The notes: a model not told the origin generated them from the letters alone. DNA of 32,000 nucleotides from Staphylothermus marinus F1 (GCF_000015945.1 NC_009033.1:1470001-1502000); one strand, 5' to 3'; numbered from the stretch's first letter, positions 8,807-18,069 are shown. Translations and numbers: made by a program.

Positions 8807-10339
8807 GTGATACGTATGAAGGGGTTTGAAATAGTTTTAACAACAGATAGAACAATGATGAGTAATCATCATGGAAAAGAATTCTTGGGCTTCATAGCTA
8901 CTGGTCCAGCTATAGGTATGCCTGAGAAACTGTGGATGTGGATTGCAGCTCCAAAAATTGATGTTGACGAGTATGGTAGGCCTAGAGAAGCACCATATGG
9001 TATGAGGAAGGTTGAGGCAAAACTTGTTGATGCAGGATATAATGCTGCAATAATTGATCCTGATCACCTGCATAGATATCTTGACACTATGAAGGTTCTA
9101 ATGATTGGTCACCACGACTACTTCGCCTACGGGCCTCCAAGCAGTGAATGGTGGAGTTTAACAGGGAAGGAACCAGTTAATAGATTGAGTTTTAAGAGAT
9201 TCATGAATAGCCCGGTTATTAGGAAAGCTAAGGAGAAAGGTGTAAAAATAATAGCTGGTGGCCCAGCTGCTTGGCAGTGGTTATGGGAGCTGGAGCTTTG
9301 GAGGAAATGGGGTGTTGACACAGTTATTGATGGAGAAGTAGAGAAGGTAATTGTTGATCTCGTTGATAAAGCATTGAATAATGAGCCTTTACCTGACTAC
9401 ATATATGTTGGTCCAAGAGATGCTCCAAGCATTGAGGAGATACCAATAATTAAAGCTCCAAGTATTAATGGGCTCATAGAGATTATGCGTGGATGCCCGC
9501 GCGGCTGCAAATTCTGTAGCGTAACCCTCAGACCCCTCAGATATATGCCTCTGGAAAGAATTAGGGAAGAGATAAGAATTAATCTTCGCGGAGGAACTAA
9601 AGGTGTTATTCTTCATAGTGAAGACGTACTATTATATGGTGCTGACGGTGTTAAGCCAAGGCCTGAACCACTAATTAATCTCCACAAGACAGTGTTTGAA
9701 GAATTAGGTGAGAAAAAAGAGTTTGCATGGTCTCATGCAAGCTTAGCAGCCATCAAATATGCTGAAGACGAGTATGGGCTTGTATCTAAGCTTATGAATG
9801 AATATATATTATCTGATCATAGACGTTTCCTAGGCGTAGAAGTTGGTATAGAAACAGGTAGTCCAAGGCTTGCAAAAATAATAATGCCTGCTAAAGCAGC
9901 ACCTTATCCAGCGGAGAAATGGCCTGATATAGTTGAGGATGCGTTTAGGATTATGCATGAAAACAAGATCATACCTGCTGCAACCCTTATACTTGGACTT
10001 CCACAGGAGACGCCTGATGATGTAGTTAAAACAGCAGAGTTAATTGATAGGTTAAAACCTTATAGAAGCGTAATAATACCAATGTTCTTTGTTCCAATGG
10101 GTGCTTTAAAGAAGAACACGTGGTTTATGAGAGATCATATTACAAGAGAACATATAGACGTGATGCTTAAAACATTTGAGCACACAGTATATTGGGCAGA
10201 AGATATTATGAACAAGTTCTATTTGAAGGAAACATATCTATACCCTGTAAGACTTGGTTTGAAAATGTTCTTGAGATACGCTAAACACAAAATTAGGAAG
10301 ATAATGAAAGAAGGACTTGAACAATACATTAAAGCCTAG
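8807..10339 (+). CDS. Radical SAM protein with an N-terminal B12-binding-like domain (COG1032 type)
   Basis: CxxxCxxC cluster motif in MRGCPRGCKFCSV. The N-terminal roughly 200 aa resemble the cobalamin-binding-like domain of class B radical SAM enzymes. Confidence 0.8.
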   Translation: MIRMKGFEIVLTTDRTMMSNHHGKEFLGFIATGPAIGMPEKLWMWIAAPKIDVDEYGRPREAPYGMRKVEAKLVDAGYNAAIIDPDHLHRYLDTMKVLMIGHHDYFAYGPPSSEWWSLTGKEPVNRLSFKRFMNSPVIRKAKEKGVKIIAGGPAAWQWLWELELWRKWGVDTVIDGEVEKVIVDLVDKALNNEPLPDYIYVGPRDAPSIEEIPIIKAPSINGLIEIMRGCPRGCKFCSVTLRPLRYMPLERIREEIRINLRGGTKGVILHSEDVLLYGADGVKPRPEPLINLHKTVFEELGEKKEFAWSHASLAAIKYAEDEYGLVSKLMNEYILSDHRRFLGVEVGIETGSPRLAKIIMPAKAAPYPAEKWPDIVEDAFRIMHENKIIPAATLILGLPQETPDDVVKTAELIDRLKPYRSVIIPMFFVPMGALKKNTWFMRDHITREHIDVMLKTFEHTVYWAEDIMNKFYLKETYLYPVRLGLKMFLRYAKHKIRKIMKEGLEQYIKA

Positions 10340-10453
10340 AAATATTTTTATAAACAACGAAGAGATAATTTCATATTTCTCCAATACATTATCTAGATTA
10401 AAACAAGGAGAATCAATAGAGATATGAATAATAAGCACGAGTAAGGGGTATAG

Positions 10454-11956
10454 ATGATGAGTATATTTTACATAACAACACCAATATATTATCCAAACGC
10501 ACCACCCCATATAGGGCATGCTTACACAACGGTTTTCGCCGATGTCTTGGCGAGATATCATAGGCTTATAGGGGATGAAGTATTCTTTATGACTGGTAAT
10601 GATGAGCATGGATTAAAGCTTCAGAGAGCTGCGGAGAAGAAAGGTGTTCATCCTAAACAATTTGTTGATGAAATGGCTGATGTTTATAAGAAGTATTGGG
10701 AATTGCTTGATATAAGTTATGACTACTTTATACGTACAACGGATGATTACCATGAAAAAGTTGTTAAGACAGCTATTCAGAAACTATATGATAAGGGATT
10801 AGTATATAAGGCAAGCTATGCTGGATGGTATTGTGTAGACTGCGAAAAATTCTATAGTCCAGGAGAATACATTGAAATCAATGGGAAACCACATTGTCCT
10901 ATACATAAGAAGCCTCTTGAATGGCTCGAGGAGGAAACATATTATTTCAAACTAAGCGAATTCGAGGATTTCATAATAGATGTCTTGAAAAACAAGGATA
11001 TAGTATATCCTCGTAGCTATGCATTAGAAGTACTCGGCAAAGTTGAAAAGGAGGGATTAAGGGATGTATCAATTGCTCGCCCCAAAGAACGCGTTTGGTG
11101 GGGTATAGAGGTACCCTTTGATAAGAACTATACTGTCTATGTATGGTTCGACGCGCTCCTAAACTATATTAGTGGTATAGGCTACTTAGAAGATATGGAT
11201 CGTTTCAACAAGTATTGGCCGAATGTACACCATGTTATCGGAAAAGATATCTTATGGTTCCATACAGTAGTATGGTTTTCGATACTTAAAGCACTAGATA
11301 TTGAGTTGCCAAAGAAACTGCTGGTTCATGCATTCTTGATTAATAGGGGGTTGAAAATAGGTAAGAGTGCAGGCAATGTTATAGCTATAGAAGATCTAAT
11401 TGATAGATATCAGGATAGTGATGGTGTTAGATATATTTTAATGAGGGTCTTTAACATGGATAAAGATGTTGATGTATCAACAGAGTTGTTCGACTCAATA
11501 TATAATAGTGAACTAGCCGACACACTTGGCAATCTTGTCCGCAGAATTGGTGTATTAGCTAAGAAGAAACTTGGCGGAATAGTTTATAAGCGAGAAGTAG
11601 ATAAAGAGCTCTCAACAAGTATTGTGGAAACACTGAATAAATACAATGAATACATGGAAGCCTATGATGTATCAAGAGCTATCCAGGTAGTAATGGATTT
11701 GTTAAGGAAAGCGAATGCATATGTGAATTTGACAAGGCCATGGGAGAAAATGGATCCAGGAAAAGAACTATATAGCCTACTAGAAACAATTAGAGCATCA
11801 ACTACAATGCTATATCCAATAATACCTAAAGCCGCTAGTAAAGTATCCAAAGCATTTGGATACCGCATAGGTAATCCATCAGAATATGTTATAGGAGAAA
11901 TCGAAAGATATAATATAGTTGATGCACCCATACTTTTTAGGAAAATAAAACAGTAA
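10454..11956 (+). CDS. metG: Methionyl-tRNA synthetase
   Basis: HIGH motif PPHIGHAYT, zinc knuckle CVDCEKF...CPIHKKP, KMSKS-like LKIGKSAGN, and an anticodon-binding helical domain. A TTTTTATAAA box lies upstream at about 10346. Confidence 0.95.
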   Translation: MMSIFYITTPIYYPNAPPHIGHAYTTVFADVLARYHRLIGDEVFFMTGNDEHGLKLQRAAEKKGVHPKQFVDEMADVYKKYWELLDISYDYFIRTTDDYHEKVVKTAIQKLYDKGLVYKASYAGWYCVDCEKFYSPGEYIEINGKPHCPIHKKPLEWLEEETYYFKLSEFEDFIIDVLKNKDIVYPRSYALEVLGKVEKEGLRDVSIARPKERVWWGIEVPFDKNYTVYVWFDALLNYISGIGYLEDMDRFNKYWPNVHHVIGKDILWFHTVVWFSILKALDIELPKKLLVHAFLINRGLKIGKSAGNVIAIEDLIDRYQDSDGVRYILMRVFNMDKDVDVSTELFDSIYNSELADTLGNLVRRIGVLAKKKLGGIVYKREVDKELSTSIVETLNKYNEYMEAYDVSRAIQVVMDLLRKANAYVNLTRPWEKMDPGKELYSLLETIRASTTMLYPIIPKAASKVSKAFGYRIGNPSEYVIGEIERYNIVDAPILFRKIKQ

Positions 11957-11957
11957 T

Positions 11958-12323
11958 CTATTTCTTCTCTAATCCAAAGATCTCCCCATATTTTCTCCCA
12001 ATAAGTGCTTCTAATAATTTCTCGTTCTTCTTAATATAAGATAATAACATGCCTAAAGCATCAGATAAAGAACTATAATCTTTCACAACCAAGTAATGAG
12101 CCATTTTACGTATAGTACCCATTACTTTCTCATCGCTCATCAATGCTTAAACCCCTCTCCTACCTCTTTTACTCAATAAATAGTTACTTATAGCTGGTTG
12201 GCTAACGCCGAGCATTTTTGATGCTTCAACCTGAGTATACTCATATTCCTCAACTAGGATCTTAGCTAGAATAGCTCTAATTGCTGGAAGAATATATTTG
12301 GAGACTATTCGCTTATCTAGATA
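11958..12323 (-). pseudogene. XRE/COG2522-like HTH regulator, 5'-truncated and split by an in-frame TAA
   Basis: The minus frame 12323->12150 reads YLDKRIVSKYILPAIRAILAKILVEEYEYTQVEASKMLGVSQPAISNYLLSKRGRRGV. There is no ATG/GTG/TTG before the HTH, and a TAG sits at 12324-12326. A TAA at 12147-12149 is followed in the same frame by the 61-aa ORF 11958..12143. Confidence 0.5.
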
Positions 12324-12387
12324 CTATAGTTATTTTGGAAGCTATGGAAATAATGGTTGTTTTGGAGGCTTTGGAGCTTGGGTTCAA

Positions 12388-12395
12388 TTTATAAA
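12388..12395 (+). promoter_or_regulatory. TATA-box-like TTTATAAA upstream of ncRNA copy 2
   Basis: GGGTTCAA-TTTATAAA-CCCC module, with the G+C-rich core starting about 35 nt downstream. A second A/T box (CAATATAATGG) lies in between. Confidence 0.45.
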
Positions 12396-12427
12396 CCCCC
12401 TACAATATAATGGTTAATGGTTTAAAA

Positions 12428-12590
12428 CTGCAGATGAAGGGCTCAAAGTGGTCTACGTGGAGCCCCGAGAGCCCCCTCCGTGAAGGAATGAAGCCCCAAC
12501 CCAAGAGGGGGAAGCCCGTGCAGATATCCAAAGTTTCCAAAACAACCAAAAGATAAAGCACGGGCAACCACAGCTTCACACCATGTTTTC
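12428..12590 (+). ncRNA. Candidate structured ncRNA, family copy 2
   Basis: GGGCTC 12439-12444 pairs with GAGCCC 12460-12465. CCCCCTC 12472-12478 pairs with GAGGGGG 12505-12511. GCCCGTGC 12514-12521 pairs with GCACGGGC 12558-12565 and closes a 36-nt A/U loop. GTGGT 12448-12452 is complementary to ACCAC 12567-12571. A T4 run lies at 12586-12589. The ends are approximate. Confidence 0.55.
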
Positions 12591-12723
12591 AAAGTCAATA
12601 GAAAACCCCTTTTATCCAACAACTAATCTATACTTGTTCTGCTTATAACTCTTCTATTTCTATATTATTTAAATTGTTTGTGGGAATAAATATATATTTA
12701 GAGAATCATGTTCTATTTGGGGA

Positions 12724-13335
12724 ATGGTCTTGATCGAGGAATCATATAATGTTGGAAAATATAGGTGCAGGATCATCTATAACAGTGTTCCTGGATTACC
12801 AATAGTCTTCCTTCACGGCTATAGTTTTACAAGTGATGTTTGGAGAGACATAGGTGTACTAGATAAGCTCGAGGAAGAAAAAATTCCATTCATAGCTATT
12901 GATATGCCTTATGGAGCTAGAAGCATATGTAGTCCTCATACACGTAGCGTTGATGAAAACTTATTTGTTCTCAAAGAGATTTATAGAGGTGTATTTGGTT
13001 CTTTAAAACCATTAATTGTTGGAGCAAGCTTGGGAGGATATATTGCTCTAAGATACGCATTAGAAAAACCTGTGGCGGGCTTATTTCTCATAGCTCCTGC
13101 TCATGCTTTAGAAAAGGAACTAGTTAAAAAATATAGATCATTAAGTGTTCCAACAATTATAATCTGGGGATCTAGGGATAGAATTGTTAAGCGTGAAGAA
13201 ATGGAGAAGCTTTCACAACTATTAGAAGCTAAGTTGTTAATATATGATAAAGCAGGTCATCCAGCATATCTAGATTACCCGGATAAATTCATTAATGACT
13301 TGTTATCTTTTCATAAAGCATTAAAGCTTGAATAA
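12724..13335 (+). CDS. Alpha/beta-fold hydrolase (esterase-like)
   Basis: HG oxyanion motif (FLHGYSF), nucleophile elbow GASLGG, and late D (SRDRIV) and H (AGHPAY). Confidence 0.7.
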   Translation: MVLIEESYNVGKYRCRIIYNSVPGLPIVFLHGYSFTSDVWRDIGVLDKLEEEKIPFIAIDMPYGARSICSPHTRSVDENLFVLKEIYRGVFGSLKPLIVGASLGGYIALRYALEKPVAGLFLIAPAHALEKELVKKYRSLSVPTIIIWGSRDRIVKREEMEKLSQLLEAKLLIYDKAGHPAYLDYPDKFINDLLSFHKALKLE

Positions 13336-13376
13336 AATAATGCTTTAAATAATACTATTTAAGAGGTGCTATTGTT

Positions 13377-14351
13377 TTGGCAAATGAATACTATTTAGCT
13401 ATTGATATAGGAGCGACAAATACTAGGATAGCTATTGGTTCTCGGAATGGAATAATAAATAAAATAACCTATAGGACTCCGAGGGAAGGAAACGAGCTGA
13501 GTATTCCTGTTAAAATATATGAGGAGATCAAGAAGAATTATGGGAAATACATTGACCAGATCAAAGCTGTAGGGATCGGGACGATTGGTCCCATAGATTT
13601 GAGGCGGGGAAGAGTTGTAAACACACCTAATCTACCCATACACACTTTTGAACTAAGAGATCCATTGATGGAATGGTTAAAGAAGCCTGTATATGTATTA
13701 AATGATGCAGTCTCTGGTGCTTGGGGAGAGAAATTCTTTGGTTTAGGCAGGAATTATTCCAACATAGTATATATAACTATGAGCACAGGTATTGGTGGAG
13801 GAGCAATTGTTAACGATCATCTCTTGCTGGGGAAGATGGGGAATGCCCACGAGATAGGACATATTGTTGTAAAATATGATTCAGATATTAAATGTGGTTG
13901 TGGAGGATATGGTCATTGGGAAGCATATGCTGGGGGAGCAAATATTCCCAGAACAGCCCGGGTCTTAGCTGAGAAGTATAAGCCATTAATCGAGACAGAA
14001 GCTTATCGAGAAGCGTTGAGAGGAGAACTAACTCCTCCAAAACTATTCGAATACTTTAGAAGAAACGATTTATTCGCAAAATATGTTGTGGAAGAAATAA
14101 TTGATGCATCAGCAGCAGGTCTCGCTACAACGATAAACCTGTATGACCCAGAAGTAGTAACTATTGGTGGAAGCATATATTTATATAATCAAGACATACT
14201 CAAAGAACCAATCATTAGGAAAGCACTTAAACACTTAGTAACTGAGCCACCAATTATTGATACAACACCTCTAGGCGGAGACATAGTATTATATGGAGCT
14301 TTAGCAACAGCAATTAATCCTCCAGAAGACCTATTAAGGTTTTATAGATGA
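13377..14351 (+). CDS. ROK-family sugar kinase (glucokinase or N-acetylglucosamine kinase type)
   Basis: N-terminal ATP motif LAIDIGATNTRIA, DxGxGIGGG-like STGIGGGAI, and ROK zinc motif GHIVV...CGCGGYGHWEAYAGG. TTG start. Confidence 0.8.
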   Translation: MANEYYLAIDIGATNTRIAIGSRNGIINKITYRTPREGNELSIPVKIYEEIKKNYGKYIDQIKAVGIGTIGPIDLRRGRVVNTPNLPIHTFELRDPLMEWLKKPVYVLNDAVSGAWGEKFFGLGRNYSNIVYITMSTGIGGGAIVNDHLLLGKMGNAHEIGHIVVKYDSDIKCGCGGYGHWEAYAGGANIPRTARVLAEKYKPLIETEAYREALRGELTPPKLFEYFRRNDLFAKYVVEEIIDASAAGLATTINLYDPEVVTIGGSIYLYNQDILKEPIIRKALKHLVTEPPIIDTTPLGGDIVLYGALATAINPPEDLLRFYR

Positions 14352-14417
14352 AACCATTTTAAACCCCTTAATACTCCTCGTTAAAATAGATATACTGTAC
14401 ATATGGGTTGTTAAGCC

Positions 14418-16634
14418 TTGGAGAAATGGTGGAAAAAACCTGTTAGAGTAATACAGTTCAATATAGAGGATCGTTATGGTAGGTATGTATCGAAAATAAA
14501 TGGTAAACAACTAGTCGAGCTAGCGAAGAGGCTTCACGCAAATGTCCTCGTAATATTTGCTAGGGATCCTTGGGGCAGAATATTTTATCGTGGAGGTAGT
14601 GTTGGGAAAGAGCATCCGAAAATGATTGGTGATATTGTTAGGGAAGCAGTAGAGGAGGGGCGTAGAATAGGAGTTAAAGTAGTCGTGATGGTTGGTCATA
14701 CTGCTAACAAATACTTATATCATCTACACAGTGATTGGGCACAAGTAAATCGTAATGGAGAAATCATTGTGTTAGAACACATACCTTTCTCCCTTGAACA
14801 CTATGAGCCTGAATGGCCACAGTTATGTATAAACAGCCCGTTCATAGAGCATGTTAAGAAAGAAGTAGTTGAAGCCCATAGCTTGGGAGTCGACGGTGTA
14901 TTCCTGGATAGTTTCCGTTATCAACCAGATATTGAAAGAGCATGTTATTGTGAATGGTGCCGGAGAAGGTTTAGAGAAGAACACGGATATGAGATGCCTA
15001 AAGAGCCGAATTGGCTGGATAAGCGCTGGAGAGAATTATGGGAGTGGAGATATAAGGTAGTTGTTGAAAGAATTAAGGAATTATACAAGTTATCTAAAGA
15101 GACCGATCCCGGAAAAGTATTTATGTATAATAGTCACCCAGGAGGATGGGCTGGTAGAACGAATCGAGTCGTAGAAGAAGCAAGGAACTATATAGATGTA
15201 GTATTCGCTGAGTGTAGCGAAGCAGATCATCAACCACCAGGCTTTATTACTGAAATGACAAAGCTGACACGAGCTATGAGCGGCGGGAAACCAGTGTGGA
15301 GTTCTAGAAACTATTTCCACTTATATAGAACAGTGATGTCAACAACGCCTATAGTTATTAAGCAGGGTTTAAGAGAAGCTGTACTTGGAGGAGGCTCGCC
15401 ATGGGCACTGATCTTCTCGATCAGCTATTTCCAAGACCCATCCTCACTAGATGCTATAGGGGAAGTATTTAAGCAATATGAAGAAATAGAAGAATACCTT
15501 GAAGATACTGAACCATATCGTTTCGCCGGCATACTTGTCTCAAACCATACACGAGATTATTATGGTAGAGGGCATCCTGAAAGATACGTTGATGGAATAC
15601 GTGGAATGTACTATGCATTAATCCATAGCCATATACCAGTAGAGTTTATTTCTGAAAAAGACGCTGTGAATCCAGATTATTTATCAAAATATAAAGTATT
15701 AATTGTTCCAAATACTGTGTGTTTAAGCGAGGAGATCGGTGACTCTATTAAAGAATATGTCCGTAGAGGAGGTAAACTATTATCAACGTATCTATCATCA
15801 ACACGGGATAAATACTGTATTAGAAGATATGATTTCTACTATCCAGAAGTTATAGGTGCTAGGTTTATAGGAGTATTGAGGAAGCCATGGACATATCTAA
15901 TACTTGATCTCGATAAGAAGCATCCATTATTCAATAATGTAAAAACAGAAACTATACTATGGGGAGATATGAGCTATGAATTCATAGCATCTAGGACAAG
16001 ACCTAATATTGGATGGCATACGATGCTAGATGATGTTATTGGAGAGGTTCTAGGATACATTGGATTATCAAGTACTGATTGGGGACATGAATACACTCTC
16101 GGCCGCTCACCCCCCGCACTAGGTGCTCGAACCAAGTTGCCGGGAATAATATTGAATAATTATGGAGAAGGTAAATCACTCTATTTCACAGGCCAGCTCG
16201 GCAGACATTATTGGAGAACAGGATTACCAATATATAAGAAATTGATTGAAAACAGCGTATTATATCTAGGTGGAGAACCAGATATACAAGTAATTGCTCC
16301 AGAAACTGTTCATTCAGAAATATTTGTTCAGGGCGAGAGAATAATTATTCACTTACTTAACCATACATATAATCAGAGAATAATGGCTAAGGGGATCGGT
16401 AGAGTAAAACAGCCTCTCCCACCATATGGTAGTGTAGACGCTGTTCATCCAGCTAGAGAAATTATACCTGTTAGCGGTGTTGAGATAAAAATAAAGAATA
16501 AAATGAACAATATAAAAGCATATACTCTCATATCTAGGAAGAACCTAGAAATAAAAACTACTGGGAACCAATTACAGATAAGGCTAGATAAACTTGACGA
16601 CTACGAAATAGTAGTGGTTGAGCCTAGGAAATAA
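14418..16634 (+). CDS. Putative glycoside hydrolase (GHL6-like TIM barrel plus GH42-type trimerisation/GATase-like domain)
   Basis: The N-terminus (WWKKPVRVIQFNIEDRYG..., CINSPFIEHVKKEVVEAHSLGVDGVFLDS) resembles the hypothetical glycosyl hydrolase 6 family from memory. The middle region (YKVLIVPNTVCLSEE...RRGGKLL) resembles the beta-galactosidase trimerisation domain. Confidence 0.55.
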   Translation: MEKWWKKPVRVIQFNIEDRYGRYVSKINGKQLVELAKRLHANVLVIFARDPWGRIFYRGGSVGKEHPKMIGDIVREAVEEGRRIGVKVVVMVGHTANKYLYHLHSDWAQVNRNGEIIVLEHIPFSLEHYEPEWPQLCINSPFIEHVKKEVVEAHSLGVDGVFLDSFRYQPDIERACYCEWCRRRFREEHGYEMPKEPNWLDKRWRELWEWRYKVVVERIKELYKLSKETDPGKVFMYNSHPGGWAGRTNRVVEEARNYIDVVFAECSEADHQPPGFITEMTKLTRAMSGGKPVWSSRNYFHLYRTVMSTTPIVIKQGLREAVLGGGSPWALIFSISYFQDPSSLDAIGEVFKQYEEIEEYLEDTEPYRFAGILVSNHTRDYYGRGHPERYVDGIRGMYYALIHSHIPVEFISEKDAVNPDYLSKYKVLIVPNTVCLSEEIGDSIKEYVRRGGKLLSTYLSSTRDKYCIRRYDFYYPEVIGARFIGVLRKPWTYLILDLDKKHPLFNNVKTETILWGDMSYEFIASRTRPNIGWHTMLDDVIGEVLGYIGLSSTDWGHEYTLGRSPPALGARTKLPGIILNNYGEGKSLYFTGQLGRHYWRTGLPIYKKLIENSVLYLGGEPDIQVIAPETVHSEIFVQGERIIIHLLNHTYNQRIMAKGIGRVKQPLPPYGSVDAVHPAREIIPVSGVEIKIKNKMNNIKAYTLISRKNLEIKTTGNQLQIRLDKLDDYEIVVVEPRK

Positions 16635-16635
16635 T

Positions 16636-17991
16636 TTATCTCACGGCTACAACGGATAACGCTTCTATAAATGCAGCAGTAAAAAGGATCAATGCACTGA
16701 TCACAAAGTATATTGTAAACTTGGATTCTTTTTCAATAAAGATCCTCATAGATAATGATGCGAAGAATGCGTAAGCTAGTAATTCTAGTATTGCATGAGG
16801 CATTAATGGCAATAATAGAATAGATAGATTACCTTCAGAGAGAGCAATGTTTATTGCAACTCCATAATATAGGGCAGCATTACCTAAGCCTACCCCTAAA
16901 TATAGTGGGCCTATGATTGGGATTGTTGAAATAAAGGATATTATGAAATTGTTTATGAAAATATTCCTCGTCAAATTGAATAGATCATTTGTTCTCAGTT
17001 CAACTAATTGCTTAGATGTCTCTTCATAGAGGCTATAATATGTTTGTGCACTAGTATATCCTATTATTGAGAACAATATAAATGATAAATAAATAAAACC
17101 ATAAACTCTTCCCACCTGCGAAGAAAAACTTTTTCTCCTATAATAAGCAGCTATACCAGCAATTAGCAACCCGTATCCTATTGTGCCCGTTAAATGGTTC
17201 ATGAAACCAATTATTCCCAGTAAACCATATATGCCTGCACCTAGAAAAGCTAGTGATAAAGCTAGTATTGGTATTTCTCCTCCATGTTCACCATATGTTA
17301 GTGTTGTTGTAATGGTTAATGGTGGTTCTGGATGGCTTCCATGAATAATTTTCACATGTCTATTATAGTTTCTAACAATAATGTAGTCCCAAATAATTAG
17401 GAATAATCCTACTGTGAGAAGTGTTGCCGCTACATATACTAGTCCATGTTCTACGTTAATCCTATTAGTAATGTGTATTCCGAGAAACTTCCCCTCTTCA
17501 CCATAGTAGTGATCCCTCATGGTTTTATCCACTACATATAATAGTATAGGATAAGCTATGCCTCCAGACAATAGTGTTGCTATTAATCCTGTTAGGGGCG
17601 AAGGTAAATCTCTCCTCATAACACCTGATCTATATAGTTTTATTATTGAATCATAGTCATCGAGTTTTTTCAGCCAATAATAGGATGTTATACCGCTATT
17701 AACTAGGTGTGTATGGGTTATTTTCAATAATCTATAAATAGATATAGCTGATGCAAGAATATATCCAATATATAGTGTTGCTAAACTAGTGTACCAGCTA
17801 CTGGTTGCTTCTTGGACACCGTGGAACATAATATTATATATTAATGATATATACGCAGGCAATGATATAATCAACATTATCCCTGGGAAAATATGTGGTA
17901 TATATGTTTCTTTTCTGAACTCAAAGCTTCTAACAAGTTTTTCTAAACCATTAGGTATGCTTGTCTTATTTTCTGTCTCCAGAGTACTCAA
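16636..17991 (-). CDS. Polytopic membrane protein with a C-terminal SpoIIM/DUF95-like domain
   Basis: Many TM helices. The C-terminal LLPLMPHAILELLAYAFFASLSMRIF resembles the PHGxxE(I/L)xA signature of DUF95. Confidence 0.5.
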   Translation of the reverse strand: MSTLETENKTSIPNGLEKLVRSFEFRKETYIPHIFPGIMLIISLPAYISLIYNIMFHGVQEATSSWYTSLATLYIGYILASAISIYRLLKITHTHLVNSGITSYYWLKKLDDYDSIIKLYRSGVMRRDLPSPLTGLIATLLSGGIAYPILLYVVDKTMRDHYYGEEGKFLGIHITNRINVEHGLVYVAATLLTVGLFLIIWDYIIVRNYNRHVKIIHGSHPEPPLTITTTLTYGEHGGEIPILALSLAFLGAGIYGLLGIIGFMNHLTGTIGYGLLIAGIAAYYRRKSFSSQVGRVYGFIYLSFILFSIIGYTSAQTYYSLYEETSKQLVELRTNDLFNLTRNIFINNFIISFISTIPIIGPLYLGVGLGNAALYYGVAINIALSEGNLSILLLPLMPHAILELLAYAFFASLSMRIFIEKESKFTIYFVISALILFTAAFIEALSVVAVR

Positions 17992-18069
17992 AGCTTCTGC
18001 ACCGTATTCTTCATATTTCTCAGTATCTGTTAATCTATATTGCTATGTATAAAATAATGTGTTTGGTGA

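Larger units (their letters stand above)
12301..12590 (+). repeat. Dispersed unit, copy 2
   Basis: Aligns with copy 1 (reverse complement) and copy 3. The left-end module GAGACTATTCGCTTATCTAGATACTATAGTT starts at 12301 and overlaps the first codons of the truncated HTH gene on the other strand. Confidence 0.85.

Noticed and set aside
12434-12556. A 40-codon ORF inside the G+C-rich core: MKGSKWSTWSPESPLREGMKPQPKRGKPVQISKVSKTTKR in copy 2. Equivalent open frames occur in copy 1 (minus strand, ATG at about 7343) and copy 3 (ATG at 29462). The position relative to the TATA box would allow a leaderless mRNA.
   Set aside because: Copy 3 has a 1-nt indel, so the conserved nucleotides CAAGAGGGGGAAGCCCGTGC are read in a different frame. 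The 10 substitutions between copies 1 and 2 in the variable patch change most of the codons they fall in. The divergent copy 4 gives only a 16-codon ORF. Conservation therefore tracks base-pairing, not the peptide. It remains an alternative worth testing by ribosome profiling.
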